Shown: positions 45,530-54,135, numbered from the stretch's first letter. The stretch: DNA of 64,000 nucleotides from an uncultured bacterium (GCA_964644695.1 CAZXWN010000003.1:186001-250000); one strand, 5' to 3'. A program made the numbers and translations. The notes: generated by a model not told the origin, from the letters alone.

Positions 45530-46120
45530 GTGAAAAAAGGTTTTACGTTGATTGAATTATTGATCGTCGTCGCAATCATTGCAATTTTGGCAGCGATTGC
45601 CATTCCTAATTTCCTGGCTGCTCAAGTCCGAGCCAAAGTTTCCCGAGTAAAAGGTGAAATGGCATCATTGAATACAGCAATGGAAAGTTATTTTGTTGAT
45701 AACAATGCTTATCCAGGATGTGTCGTGGGTTATCCTGGTGTTGCAGCTGCAATGTACATTCCTGACAGCATTTCTACTCCTATTTCTTATATTTCCAGTA
45801 ACGCGATAAATGATCCTTTCCGAGCCGCTGCTGCACAGCCGCCGTATACCCGGTATCGTTATTTACACCCTCGGAGCTTATATGATCCGGCAACTCAGCA
45901 GAGTGTAATTGATACCTATGAGTCCATTTATGGACAGTGGCGTATTTCTTCTTCCGGACCGGACAGAACTGCAGGACCGTTCAGCTATATCATGGTGGGT
46001 GGAAGTGCCGTTTGGAACACAATGCCATTATATGATCCGACCAATGGTACTGTATCTGATGGTGATATCATCCGAAGTCAGATGAGTGCTGATGGACAGT
46101 ATCCATTCTTGGTTAAGTAA
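45530..46120 (+). CDS. prepilin-type N-terminal cleavage/methylation protein (GspG/pilin-like) 1
   Basis: GGAGGTGA SD plus GTG; KKG|FTLIELLIVVAIIAILAAIAIPNF; C-terminal YDPTNGTVSDGDI. Confidence 0.92.
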   Translation: MKKGFTLIELLIVVAIIAILAAIAIPNFLAAQVRAKVSRVKGEMASLNTAMESYFVDNNAYPGCVVGYPGVAAAMYIPDSISTPISYISSNAINDPFRAAAAQPPYTRYRYLHPRSLYDPATQQSVIDTYESIYGQWRISSSGPDRTAGPFSYIMVGGSAVWNTMPLYDPTNGTVSDGDIIRSQMSADGQYPFLVK

Positions 46121-46166
46121 TTGTGTAATAGTACGGATAGAAAATTATTGTGAATCAAATATGTTG

Positions 46167-46208
46167 ATTTAAACGGTTTTCTGTGTTTTTTCGGGAAACC
46201 GTTTAAAT
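46167..46208. terminator. stem-loop after pilin-like gene 1
   Basis: ATTTAAACGGTTT / AAACCGTTTAAAT. Confidence 0.6.
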
Positions 46209-46254
46209 TGTATTAAATTAATTTCCAGTACTTTATTTTATTTCTAAAAATCAC

Positions 46255-46283
46255 TTGACGATTTTTGTCTACCGTATTAGTAT
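46255..46283 (+). promoter_or_regulatory. sigma70-type promoter of pilin-like gene 2
   Basis: TTGACG-N17-TAGTAT; same hexamers at 47283-47311. Confidence 0.75.
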
Positions 46284-46289
46284 TTCACT

Positions 46290-46564
46290 AGCAAATAATA
46301 TGTCTGAGATGAAAACGCTTTGATAAAGACAATAGAAGTTGGGAGGTGAGAGTTTTAAGCTTCAAACAAAGGGATGTTTTATGGAGGATTGTAACACTGG
46401 GCCCGATGAGAATTATCTATTATTCGAGTCGAAAATAATGGCAATCGTTTATAGGGCAGAACTTATTTGAATAAAGTCTTTGTTAAGTAAACCGTTATGA
46501 GAAATATTTGTATAAATAAAGTGTTAGCCCAGTAAATCGTCACAAATATATGAGGAATTTTATA
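46290..46564 (+). promoter_or_regulatory. conserved structured 5' leader, copy 1
   Basis: Aligns with 47317-47603; ACTGGGC/GCCCAGT long-range pair; compensatory substitutions. Confidence 0.65.
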
Positions 46565-47197
46565 ATGAAGTCTCGTGTTGTTAAAGGTTTTACATTAATT
46601 GAATTATTGATTGTCGTCGCTATTATCGCAATTTTGGCTGCTATAGCCATCCCCAACTTCCTGGCTGCCCAAGTCCGAGCCAAAATCTCTCGTAGTAAAG
46701 GTGAATTACGGACTATTGCAACAGGCTTAGAATCTTATTATGTGGATAACAATGTTTATCCGAATGATGGAACAGAAGCCTGGGTAACTGTTTCTCCAGA
46801 ACCGACTCAAAAGTATTGGTATGTTCCAAATTCATTAACAACTCCAATATCCTATGTAACTAACGCCAGTGCTATGAAAGATCCATTCCGTGGAACTCGT
46901 TCCAATGGCGATCCTGAATATACTCGTTATCGTTACAGCAGATTAGGTGCGGGTTCAGTCATCGGTGGTTTACAACAATCAGCTCCTTCTGCCTTCGCAA
47001 ATTATAGCGATGCTTATGGTGATTGGCGTTTGGTAGGTCTTGGTCCAGATCAGGCATATAGTCCCGATCAATATACTCCAAGAGCAACTCCATGGGGTTC
47101 TTATGATGTTGTTGTCGCGTATGACCCAACCAATGGAACAGTATCCTATGGTGATTTAATTCGTTCTTCGAAATGTTCTGATGGATATACTAGATAA
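46565..47197 (+). CDS. prepilin-type N-terminal cleavage/methylation protein (GspG/pilin-like) 2
   Basis: KG|FTLIELLIVVAIIAILAAIAIPNF; GPD; YDPTNGTVSYGDL. Confidence 0.92.
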   Translation: MKSRVVKGFTLIELLIVVAIIAILAAIAIPNFLAAQVRAKISRSKGELRTIATGLESYYVDNNVYPNDGTEAWVTVSPEPTQKYWYVPNSLTTPISYVTNASAMKDPFRGTRSNGDPEYTRYRYSRLGAGSVIGGLQQSAPSAFANYSDAYGDWRLVGLGPDQAYSPDQYTPRATPWGSYDVVVAYDPTNGTVSYGDLIRSSKCSDGYTR

Positions 47198-47217
47198 TAT
47201 TTAGAAAATATTTCTTT

Positions 47218-47252
47218 AAAAGCAGGGGCGCTGAAGCGCCCCTGCTTTTTTT
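47218..47252 (+). terminator. intrinsic terminator
   Basis: AAAAGCAGGGGCGC / GCGCCCCTGCTTTT plus T-tract. Confidence 0.88.
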
Positions 47253-47282
47253 ATAGGGTAAGCAATATTTAACAATAAAATG

Positions 47283-47311
47283 TTGACGATAAATGTAAAT
47301 GGGCTTAGTAT
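47283..47311 (+). promoter_or_regulatory. sigma70-type promoter of pilin-like gene 3
   Basis: TTGACG-N17-TAGTAT. Confidence 0.75.
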
Positions 47312-47316
47312 GGCAC

Positions 47317-47603
47317 TATCAAATACCAGGTTTGAGATTAAAATGATTTGATATAAACTGAGAATATAAGGAGGTGAGGGTTACTGACTTCAAATAAAGG
47401 GATGTTTTATGGAGGATTGTAACACTGGGCCCGGTGAAAATTGTAAATTATTCGAACCGGAAATAATGGCAATCATTTGTAGGGCAGAACTTGTTTGAAC
47501 AAAGTCTTTGTTAATTAAACCGTTATGAGAACCTGTTTTTATTCTTAATTGTATTAATAAAGTGTTAGCCCAGTAAATTGTGCATTTTATGAGGTGCATT
47601 TAT
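47317..47603 (+). promoter_or_regulatory. conserved structured 5' leader, copy 2
   Basis: Aligns with 46290-46564. Confidence 0.65.
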
Positions 47604-48212
47604 ATGAAGTCTCGTATGCAAAAAGGTTTTACCCTGATTGAATTATTAATCGTCGTTGCTATTATTGCCATTTTGGCGGCTATAGCCATCCCGAACTTCC
47701 TGGCTGCTCAGACGAGAGCTAAAATTTCACGAGCCAAAAGTGAGTTAAGAACCTTGGCAACCGCGCTTGAATCTTACTATGTTGATAATACTGCGTATCC
47801 TGATGATGTTGATCCTCAGCTTTGGCCGTGGTACCTTCCCTCTGTTGTTTCTACACCAATTGCCTACATTTCCTCAGGATTGGTTAGTGATCCCTTCCGT
47901 TTAAGTATCCCCTCTGCGATTCCGGGAACTCCGGGGGTCCGGTATCGGTATGTAAATTATGATGCAGAATTGAAAGGACACTATACCTCACAGGCGGAAT
48001 CGGCGTTCCCCCATCCGGGTGATACCGCAAATGTCCAAGCTGGGATTCGTAAATATGGTGTCTGGCGGTTGACTTCCGCAGGACCTGATCGGAATGCTTC
48101 TCCTTTTGGAACCGATTTCTTTAATGATATCCGTGTATATGACCCGACGAATGGTACCATTTCAAATGGTGACATTATTCGAGGTGCTAATGGCGAAGTA
48201 ACGATTGAGTAG
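47604..48212 (+). CDS. prepilin-type N-terminal cleavage/methylation protein (GspG/pilin-like) 3
   Basis: KG|FTLIELLIVVAIIAILAAIAIPNF; SAGPD; YDPTNGTISNGDI. Confidence 0.92.
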   Translation: MKSRMQKGFTLIELLIVVAIIAILAAIAIPNFLAAQTRAKISRAKSELRTLATALESYYVDNTAYPDDVDPQLWPWYLPSVVSTPIAYISSGLVSDPFRLSIPSAIPGTPGVRYRYVNYDAELKGHYTSQAESAFPHPGDTANVQAGIRKYGVWRLTSAGPDRNASPFGTDFFNDIRVYDPTNGTISNGDIIRGANGEVTIE

Positions 48213-48231
48213 TATTTAGTTAGACAATGAG

Positions 48232-48271
48232 GCGATAGCGCACACCAAAGGTATGCGCTATCGTTTTTTTT
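48232..48271 (+). terminator. intrinsic terminator
   Basis: CGATAGCGCA..ACC / GGT..TGCGCTATCG plus T8. Confidence 0.85.
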
Positions 48272-48475
48272 GGGAAGAAAATTGTTCCCTAAATGGATGT
48301 TAATTTATTTTTTGGAACTTACATGGAATGTAAGTAAAGAGTGTGACCTGAGTGGAGATCTTATATATGCATCTGCCGTCCACTTTTTTGAAGAGAACTA
48401 ACTATTTATAAATCAAATGCCTAACAACAATACTGTTGCAGAAATTACCAGCCTGTTCATATTCGAAAAAAGATA

Positions 48476-48565
48476 TTGACAGAAATGTCAGAAACAGATA
48501 TATTTCACACATCGGCAAAATTGAGGGCCTAAGGAGGTGAATCCATAAATTGGATGTGCCGATGT
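48476..48565 (+). promoter_or_regulatory. promoter plus 5' hairpin carrying AAGGAGGTGA, copy 1
   Basis: TTGACA-N17-TATATT; CATCGGCA/TGCCGATG outer stem and ATCCA/TGGAT inner stem. Confidence 0.7.
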
Positions 48566-48604
48566 TCGTATAATGTTTTAAATTTCTAATTATTGGAGAC
48601 CAAT

Positions 48605-50395
48605 ATGAAAAAAATTATAGTTTTATTTGCAATGCTTTTGCTGGCGTTTTCGCTGTCAAATGCTAAAAACCCGGTTTTAGTGGCGGCTGATTCGACGGGT
48701 GATTATGTCAATATCCAGGATGCAATCAAGTCTTGGTGTGTGGGTGGTGCAAATGCCTCTGAAACCGCACCTTTCACGATTAATATCAAGCCTGGGACCT
48801 ATGATGAAGTATTGACTTTAAATGATGCTTCAACCGGTTTTGGTAATATTGCTGGAAATCTTATTATTCAGTCCTCTGATTCCACGGCTAAACCCATCAT
48901 CAAACTTAAAAGAAATCCAGATACAGCCACTTCTGCTGGAAATTATGATGGACTTTGGATTTATCAGTCCACATATGATGTTTCATTCTATAACTTAGTC
49001 TTTTGTCCTTCCACAACCGTAAATGGGGGTGGGGTTATTGATGATGACATGCTCAAAATCGATGAAAATGGACCTAATGCTGTTGCAAACTGGATTAGTT
49101 TTTACAACTGCGTGATTACCGACATTAATACTACGGGTAATCCAATGGTTCTGACTAAAGATGATGCATTGAATCCTCCTCCAACCCGTGGTTCACAAAT
49201 GGGAGCAGGCGATTTGTTATTGAAGTCTTGGGGTGACACTGGTGAAAACATCAATGTTCGTTTAGTGAACTGTTTATTCTATGGTGGAGCATCCTATGAT
49301 GCACAGTTGATGACTGATGGTACACCTGGTGAACAAATCTATATCAAAGATTCTATGTTTGCTTATGGTGGATATGGTAACCTCAACATTGCTGGTACCA
49401 AGGCTGGTGTTGTTACTATTACCGGTACTAAACCTGCAAAAGATGGTGATTGGAAGAACTGCTCTTTCATATATAATCCTCGCGGTGCTTTCCACGCCTT
49501 GTATTTCAATGCAAGTTTAGCCAGTGCCACTACAGGTGGTGCTAACATGTACAAGTACAATGTTAGCAATACTATTGTTAGTGCCATGGATACCTCTTCT
49601 TTTGCGTCACGAGCTATCTCTGGCGGTGCTTATTCCAATATTAATATTAGCGACTCAATTATGCAGTCTCTAACTGTTAATGTGGTCTATGGCTCCTTTG
49701 GTATTCAGTCTGTTGTTCGTTGTACATTTAATACTGCAAGTGCAACAAACTTCTGGTATGGTGTAGGTGGAAACAGAAGCTATACACCCGATACAACCTT
49801 ATTTGAAACAGGTAAGATTGTTATTCGGGATAGTATCATCAGTGGTCCTGGTACAAAATTTGCTTTGGTGAATACTTCAAGCTTCTGGCCAACCGGTGGA
49901 GTGGATATTAACAATACTGCTTTACCCACCTTGGGTGCTAACTCAATCACTGACATAATGACCTCTACTGACAGTGCTTCGTTTATTTTGGGGTCAAATA
50001 TTGTGACTGCTGATCCAATGTATGCTTCCTTTAGTCCGACCTCTACCGCATTTTATGATGTAACCAACGCCTCTTATGCTGGTAAAGCCAGTGATGGTGG
50101 TGTCTTGGTTGGTGGTGCGAACTTTATATCTGCGGTATATCTGATTGGACCAGCCAATGTAACTTTAGGCGCAACAGATACCATCGTTGCCAATAATGGT
50201 GTGGCACCGTATACCTGGCAGAGCAGTAACACTACGGTTGGTACTATTACCGGAACCGGTGCTACTGTAACCTTCAATGCACTGGCTCTTGGTTCTACCG
50301 ACGTGACCGTGACAGACGGTGCGGGTGGTACGAGTAAGATAACGGTTAATGTTATCGCTACGTCTGCACCTTTAGCCTCTGAAATGATGGAATAA
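48605..50395 (+). CDS. secreted pectin-lyase-like (parallel beta-helix) protein with C-terminal Ig-like module
   Basis: Signal peptide ending SNA; VAADSTGDY..IQDAI...IKPGTYDE pectinesterase-like cap; GVAPYTWQSSNTTVGTI Ig-like tail. Confidence 0.8.
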   Translation: MKKIIVLFAMLLLAFSLSNAKNPVLVAADSTGDYVNIQDAIKSWCVGGANASETAPFTINIKPGTYDEVLTLNDASTGFGNIAGNLIIQSSDSTAKPIIKLKRNPDTATSAGNYDGLWIYQSTYDVSFYNLVFCPSTTVNGGGVIDDDMLKIDENGPNAVANWISFYNCVITDINTTGNPMVLTKDDALNPPPTRGSQMGAGDLLLKSWGDTGENINVRLVNCLFYGGASYDAQLMTDGTPGEQIYIKDSMFAYGGYGNLNIAGTKAGVVTITGTKPAKDGDWKNCSFIYNPRGAFHALYFNASLASATTGGANMYKYNVSNTIVSAMDTSSFASRAISGGAYSNINISDSIMQSLTVNVVYGSFGIQSVVRCTFNTASATNFWYGVGGNRSYTPDTTLFETGKIVIRDSIISGPGTKFALVNTSSFWPTGGVDINNTALPTLGANSITDIMTSTDSASFILGSNIVTADPMYASFSPTSTAFYDVTNASYAGKASDGGVLVGGANFISAVYLIGPANVTLGATDTIVANNGVAPYTWQSSNTTVGTITGTGATVTFNALALGSTDVTVTDGAGGTSKITVNVIATSAPLASEMME

Positions 50396-50448
50396 CATCC
50401 GTTCTTCGGATTATTCGAACCCGCTCAGGCAACTGGGCGGGTTTTTTT
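50132..50448 (+). repeat. ~317-bp near-identical repeat (C-terminal module plus terminator), copy 1
   Basis: 50246-50403 is identical to 52351-52508. Confidence 0.92.
50418..50448 (+). terminator. intrinsic terminator
   Basis: AACCCGCTCAG / CTGGGCGGGTT plus T-tract. Confidence 0.85.
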
Positions 50449-50607
50449 ATTTAAACTTCGTGTGACTCATATGCTGCGTTTCTGAATTACTATTGTTTTT
50501 GTTTGGTATAAGCGATATCTTATGGTTACTTTAAACAATTATGATTTTCCTGTCTGGATTTAAAATGATAATTACATTATTGGGTTGATTGTTTAACAAA
50601 ATAGATA

Positions 50608-50695
50608 TTGACAGACCTTTAAGAAACGGATATATTTCACTCATCGGCAAGTTTATGTATAAAGGAGGTGAATCCAATGGATGGATATGCCGATG
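50608..50695 (+). promoter_or_regulatory. promoter plus 5' hairpin carrying AAGGAGGTGA, copy 2
   Basis: TTGACA-N17-TATATT; CATCGGCA/TGCCGATG and ATCCA/TGGAT stems. Confidence 0.7.
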
Positions 50696-50736
50696 TAATA
50701 TCCTATGAAATTCTTTGCAAATTACTGGAGGACAAC

Positions 50737-52500
50737 ATGAAAAAAATTATAGTATTATTGACTACCTTTGTCTTGGCTTTCTCTTTAGCTAATGCAAAAA
50801 ATCCCGTTGTCGTTGCTGCAGACTCTACGGGTGACTTTACTTCTATTCAGGCAGCCATTAGTTCATGGTGCGCTGGTGGTGCTAATGCTTCTGCAACGGC
50901 TCCATTCGTTATTCAAATCAAAGGTGGCACTTACAAAGAAAAGCTTTCTTTGAATGATGCACGAATTGGTTTAGGTGATATTGTCGGCGATATTAAAATT
51001 ATGGCCTATGACACAACCAATATCCCCATCATTAAGATCCCTGTTAGTGATACAACCATGTCCAATCCATCAACAGCTACACGGCAAGGTCTTATGATTC
51101 ATCAAAACGTTGCAAACGTTGAGTTAAGAGACTTGGTATTTACTTATGCTCTGGAAACTTCAACTGAGTATGGCGTTTACAATGGAATGTTGAATGGTAA
51201 CCTCATTAAAATTGATGAAAACAGTGCCAATGTATCTATTAACACTGTAAAAATGATTAATTGTGTGGTTACTGCCGTGTCAGCCGCTGGAGAACCTTTG
51301 GTTAAATCCAAAACTGAGGCTCTCTCAGGAAACTTCTATTCTCTGAAGACTACCGGGTTAGCGGGTGGTGTCATGGTTTCTCACTATAATGACCTTGGTG
51401 AGTCTCTGTGCAGTGAGTTTATTAATTGTACTTTCTATGGTTCTGCCAGCTATGGTCTTCGGACCCGGTTAGAAGGTAGTGTTCCAGAAAGAGCCCTGAT
51501 TAAGGATTGCTTATTCAAAGACTTTGGTTATTATCCCGCTGAATTTGATGGCAATAACTCTCAGGGAACAGTCGTTATCACTGGTACTAAACCCGCAAAA
51601 GATGGCGATTTGTATAACAGCACAGTCATGCTGAATACAGGTATTGCTGCTGGTGGTGGTCACTTTGTTTATTCAGCAACCACTGGAGCCGTCCTCGACC
51701 TTTCCAATATGATTTGCCATACTAGAAATGTCAGTGCTCGTATGATTTCTATTGGCAACACTTCTGCTAAGATCACGGATTCCATCTTCTTTGCTACCAA
51801 TTATGGTATCGTCCACAATAACGCTGCAGGTCGGTATTTAGATATTCAGCGTTGCACCTTTGTTACAGATACCCAGGCAGCTTCTTTCTTCCTGCCTTCT
51901 GGCACGCAAAATGGTGGATTTGGTGAAACTTCAACTCATGGTGCAATCAGCTTTGTTGATACTATCATTGCTGGTCGTGGCAATAAGTTCAATGGATTAA
52001 CTGCTATTGACGGGAAAGTATCTTTAAGTAATGTACTATTACCGACTTTGGGTGATTACAGTGTATATTCATTCACTACAACTGGCATAGCTTTAGTCCA
52101 GAATTATTACACTGATGACCCGGGTTTTGCTTCAGCCGATCCGACCAGTGTTGATTTCTTTGACGTCACCAATACTGTTTTGATAGGTAAATCCAGCACC
52201 GGTACCGTTCTCGCTGGTGGAGCAAACTTCAAGTCCGCGGTATATCTGATTGGCCCAACCAATGTAACTTTAGGCGCAACAGATACTATTGTCGCCAACA
52301 ATGGTGTGGCACCGTATACCTGGCAGAGCAGTAACACTACCGTGGGTACGATTACCGGAACCGGTGCTACTGTAACCTTCAATGCACTGGCTCTTGGTTC
52401 TACCGACGTGACCGTGACAGACGGTGCGGGTGGTACGAGTAAGATAACGGTTAATGTTATCGCTACGTCTGCACCTTTAGCCTCTGAAATGATGGAATAA
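50737..52500 (+). CDS. secreted pectin-lyase-like protein with C-terminal Ig-like module (paralogue of 48605..50395)
   Basis: GGAGG SD; MKKII signal peptide; VAADSTGDF..IQAAI; ITGTKPAKDGD; near-identical C-terminus ending TSAPLASEMME. Confidence 0.8.
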   Translation: MKKIIVLLTTFVLAFSLANAKNPVVVAADSTGDFTSIQAAISSWCAGGANASATAPFVIQIKGGTYKEKLSLNDARIGLGDIVGDIKIMAYDTTNIPIIKIPVSDTTMSNPSTATRQGLMIHQNVANVELRDLVFTYALETSTEYGVYNGMLNGNLIKIDENSANVSINTVKMINCVVTAVSAAGEPLVKSKTEALSGNFYSLKTTGLAGGVMVSHYNDLGESLCSEFINCTFYGSASYGLRTRLEGSVPERALIKDCLFKDFGYYPAEFDGNNSQGTVVITGTKPAKDGDLYNSTVMLNTGIAAGGGHFVYSATTGAVLDLSNMICHTRNVSARMISIGNTSAKITDSIFFATNYGIVHNNAAGRYLDIQRCTFVTDTQAASFFLPSGTQNGGFGETSTHGAISFVDTIIAGRGNKFNGLTAIDGKVSLSNVLLPTLGDYSVYSFTTTGIALVQNYYTDDPGFASADPTSVDFFDVTNTVLIGKSSTGTVLAGGANFKSAVYLIGPTNVTLGATDTIVANNGVAPYTWQSSNTTVGTITGTGATVTFNALALGSTDVTVTDGAGGTSKITVNVIATSAPLASEMME

Positions 52501-52552
52501 CATCCGTTTTTCGGATTATTCAAACCCGCTCAGGAAACTGAGCGGGTTTTTT
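52237..52552 (+). repeat. ~317-bp near-identical repeat, copy 2
   Basis: Matches 50132-50448. Confidence 0.92.
52522..52552 (+). terminator. intrinsic terminator
   Basis: AAACCCGCTCAG / CTGAGCGGGTTT plus T-tract. Confidence 0.88.
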
Positions 52553-52706
52553 CTTTTTGTGTAATAGACCTGCTACAAATCGTTTGCATAAATCAGTTGA
52601 CAAAAGCATCTATTTCGGGAAATAAGTATATGTAGAGGGTTCGTTAATGCGGGGAGTGCAGGTGGTAATTCCCCGTTAATAAAAGGCTCGTATGGGAGGG
52701 GACCCT

Positions 52707-54077
52707 ATGCGAAGAATGATGTGGGTATCAGGGCTGTTATTGTTTATTTCGTTAACAGGATGGGTATCAGCAAATCCTGAGTTTCAAACTGTGGTGCGAC
52801 ATACAACACTTCGGTTCCCAGACATGAATGGAATGGCTCTGAATCCCCATACAGGCCATTTGTTTCTTTCCAGTAGTACAAAAGGTGCTCTTGCGATTAT
52901 CGACCCTATTCGAGGTATTCAAGTCACTGAGACGATTCCCTGGCCCGATAATGCGATTCTGAAGAGCACCTCAATGCCCAATTTCAGTATTACTGTGGAT
53001 GAAGAATCCGGAGCGATATATGGTTGGGGCAACTCCAATGCGACAACGGTCAATGGAGCTTCTACCACAATCAACAAAGGTGTGATTTATAGATGGGAGA
53101 ACGAAGGGGCGCCGCCCCAGATTGCGGCTCCATTGAGTAATGGTTTCTCCCGTACGATGAAAGTGTATGGACAGGGTACGGTTAAATTTATTTATATGAC
53201 CGGTTCCTACGACAAAGGTCCCATCCATATCATGCGGAGCACTGATGCCGGTAAGACTTTTATTCCCTTCGATATAATCCCCGGGCCGGCTGGCAAAAGT
53301 GGGGTCAGTATTGATTCACGCACTTTGAATACGGCCTCGGGTGCCACCATCGTCTGGGGCCATGAACATGCGCTGTCGGGGGGTAATCCTGTTGCCATCC
53401 GTTTAATCAAAACAAATCCCGGATTTACAAATCCAACCGATACGGCGAACCGAACTGATTGGCAGGTAGATAATTCCAGTTTGTATTGGCAGACCAGCGG
53501 AGTAGATACTTCCATCCCGGGATTTAGTCCTGACATATCCGCCATTCGGATTGTGGATTCTGTGTTTGATGCCCGATGGAATTGCCTGGTTTTGGCGGGT
53601 CGAAATCAATCCAGTTATCTTTATCTTGCCCATCCTGTGACAGGGAAAATCTATGGGGCTTATCCTTTGACCCGGTCCAATGGTCTCCGGACTCAAGTCG
53701 AAATCCAATATGTAACTGCCTCGACTCACAGGGCCTTTATCACCAATCGTGGACCTGAAGATTACAGCCCCTGGGTATATCTGGATGTGATTGATTACGG
53801 ACCTCCGACATTTCCTGTCGCTCAACCTTCTGAAATCCTGCTGAAACCCGGCAGTTCCCCCATTTATATTCGTGTATCTGATGGAGTTCCTCCCTATAAC
53901 TGGAGTTTATCGGGCATCGGTGACTTGAAGTATGACACTAACGATGTGGTTCTATTTACCCCCGGGAATAAGGCCGGAACAGGTAAATTGATTTTGATGG
54001 ACAGTGCCATGCAGAAATTGATTATCCCCATCACCATAACACCCAATATCGCACCGATGCTGACGAATCGGAATTGA
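52707..54077 (+). CDS. secreted beta-propeller-like protein with diverged C-terminal Ig-like module
   Basis: GGAGG SD; signal peptide ending VSA; NGMALNPHTGHLFL; C-terminal VSDGVPPYNW...IPITITPNIAPML. Confidence 0.75.
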   Translation: MRRMMWVSGLLLFISLTGWVSANPEFQTVVRHTTLRFPDMNGMALNPHTGHLFLSSSTKGALAIIDPIRGIQVTETIPWPDNAILKSTSMPNFSITVDEESGAIYGWGNSNATTVNGASTTINKGVIYRWENEGAPPQIAAPLSNGFSRTMKVYGQGTVKFIYMTGSYDKGPIHIMRSTDAGKTFIPFDIIPGPAGKSGVSIDSRTLNTASGATIVWGHEHALSGGNPVAIRLIKTNPGFTNPTDTANRTDWQVDNSSLYWQTSGVDTSIPGFSPDISAIRIVDSVFDARWNCLVLAGRNQSSYLYLAHPVTGKIYGAYPLTRSNGLRTQVEIQYVTASTHRAFITNRGPEDYSPWVYLDVIDYGPPTFPVAQPSEILLKPGSSPIYIRVSDGVPPYNWSLSGIGDLKYDTNDVVLFTPGNKAGTGKLILMDSAMQKLIIPITITPNIAPMLTNRN

Positions 54078-54103
54078 CACTCTCATATCCCTCACTTGGA
54101 CCG

Positions 54104-54135
54104 CCGCCTGGATGTCATTTGTCCAGGCGGTTTTT
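54104..54135 (+). terminator. intrinsic terminator
   Basis: CCGCCTGGA / TCCAGGCGG plus T5. Confidence 0.75.

Noticed and set aside
46383-46410. SAM-I riboswitch resemblance (ACTGGGCCCGATGA)
   Set aside because: Lacks the ATC..GAG P1/P2 start, GCAACC and GTGC core elements; downstream gene is unrelated to sulfur metabolism
46381-46470. 29-aa uORF (MEDCNTGP...) present in both pilin leaders (also 47409-47498)
   Set aside because: Most differences between the copies are non-synonymous and several fit RNA pairing better; the open frame is explained by overall leader similarity. Not fully excluded
50132-52552. Diversity-generating retroelement TR/VR pair
   Set aside because: Both copies are coding gene ends, differences are mostly synonymous and not adenine-specific, and there is no reverse transcriptase in the window
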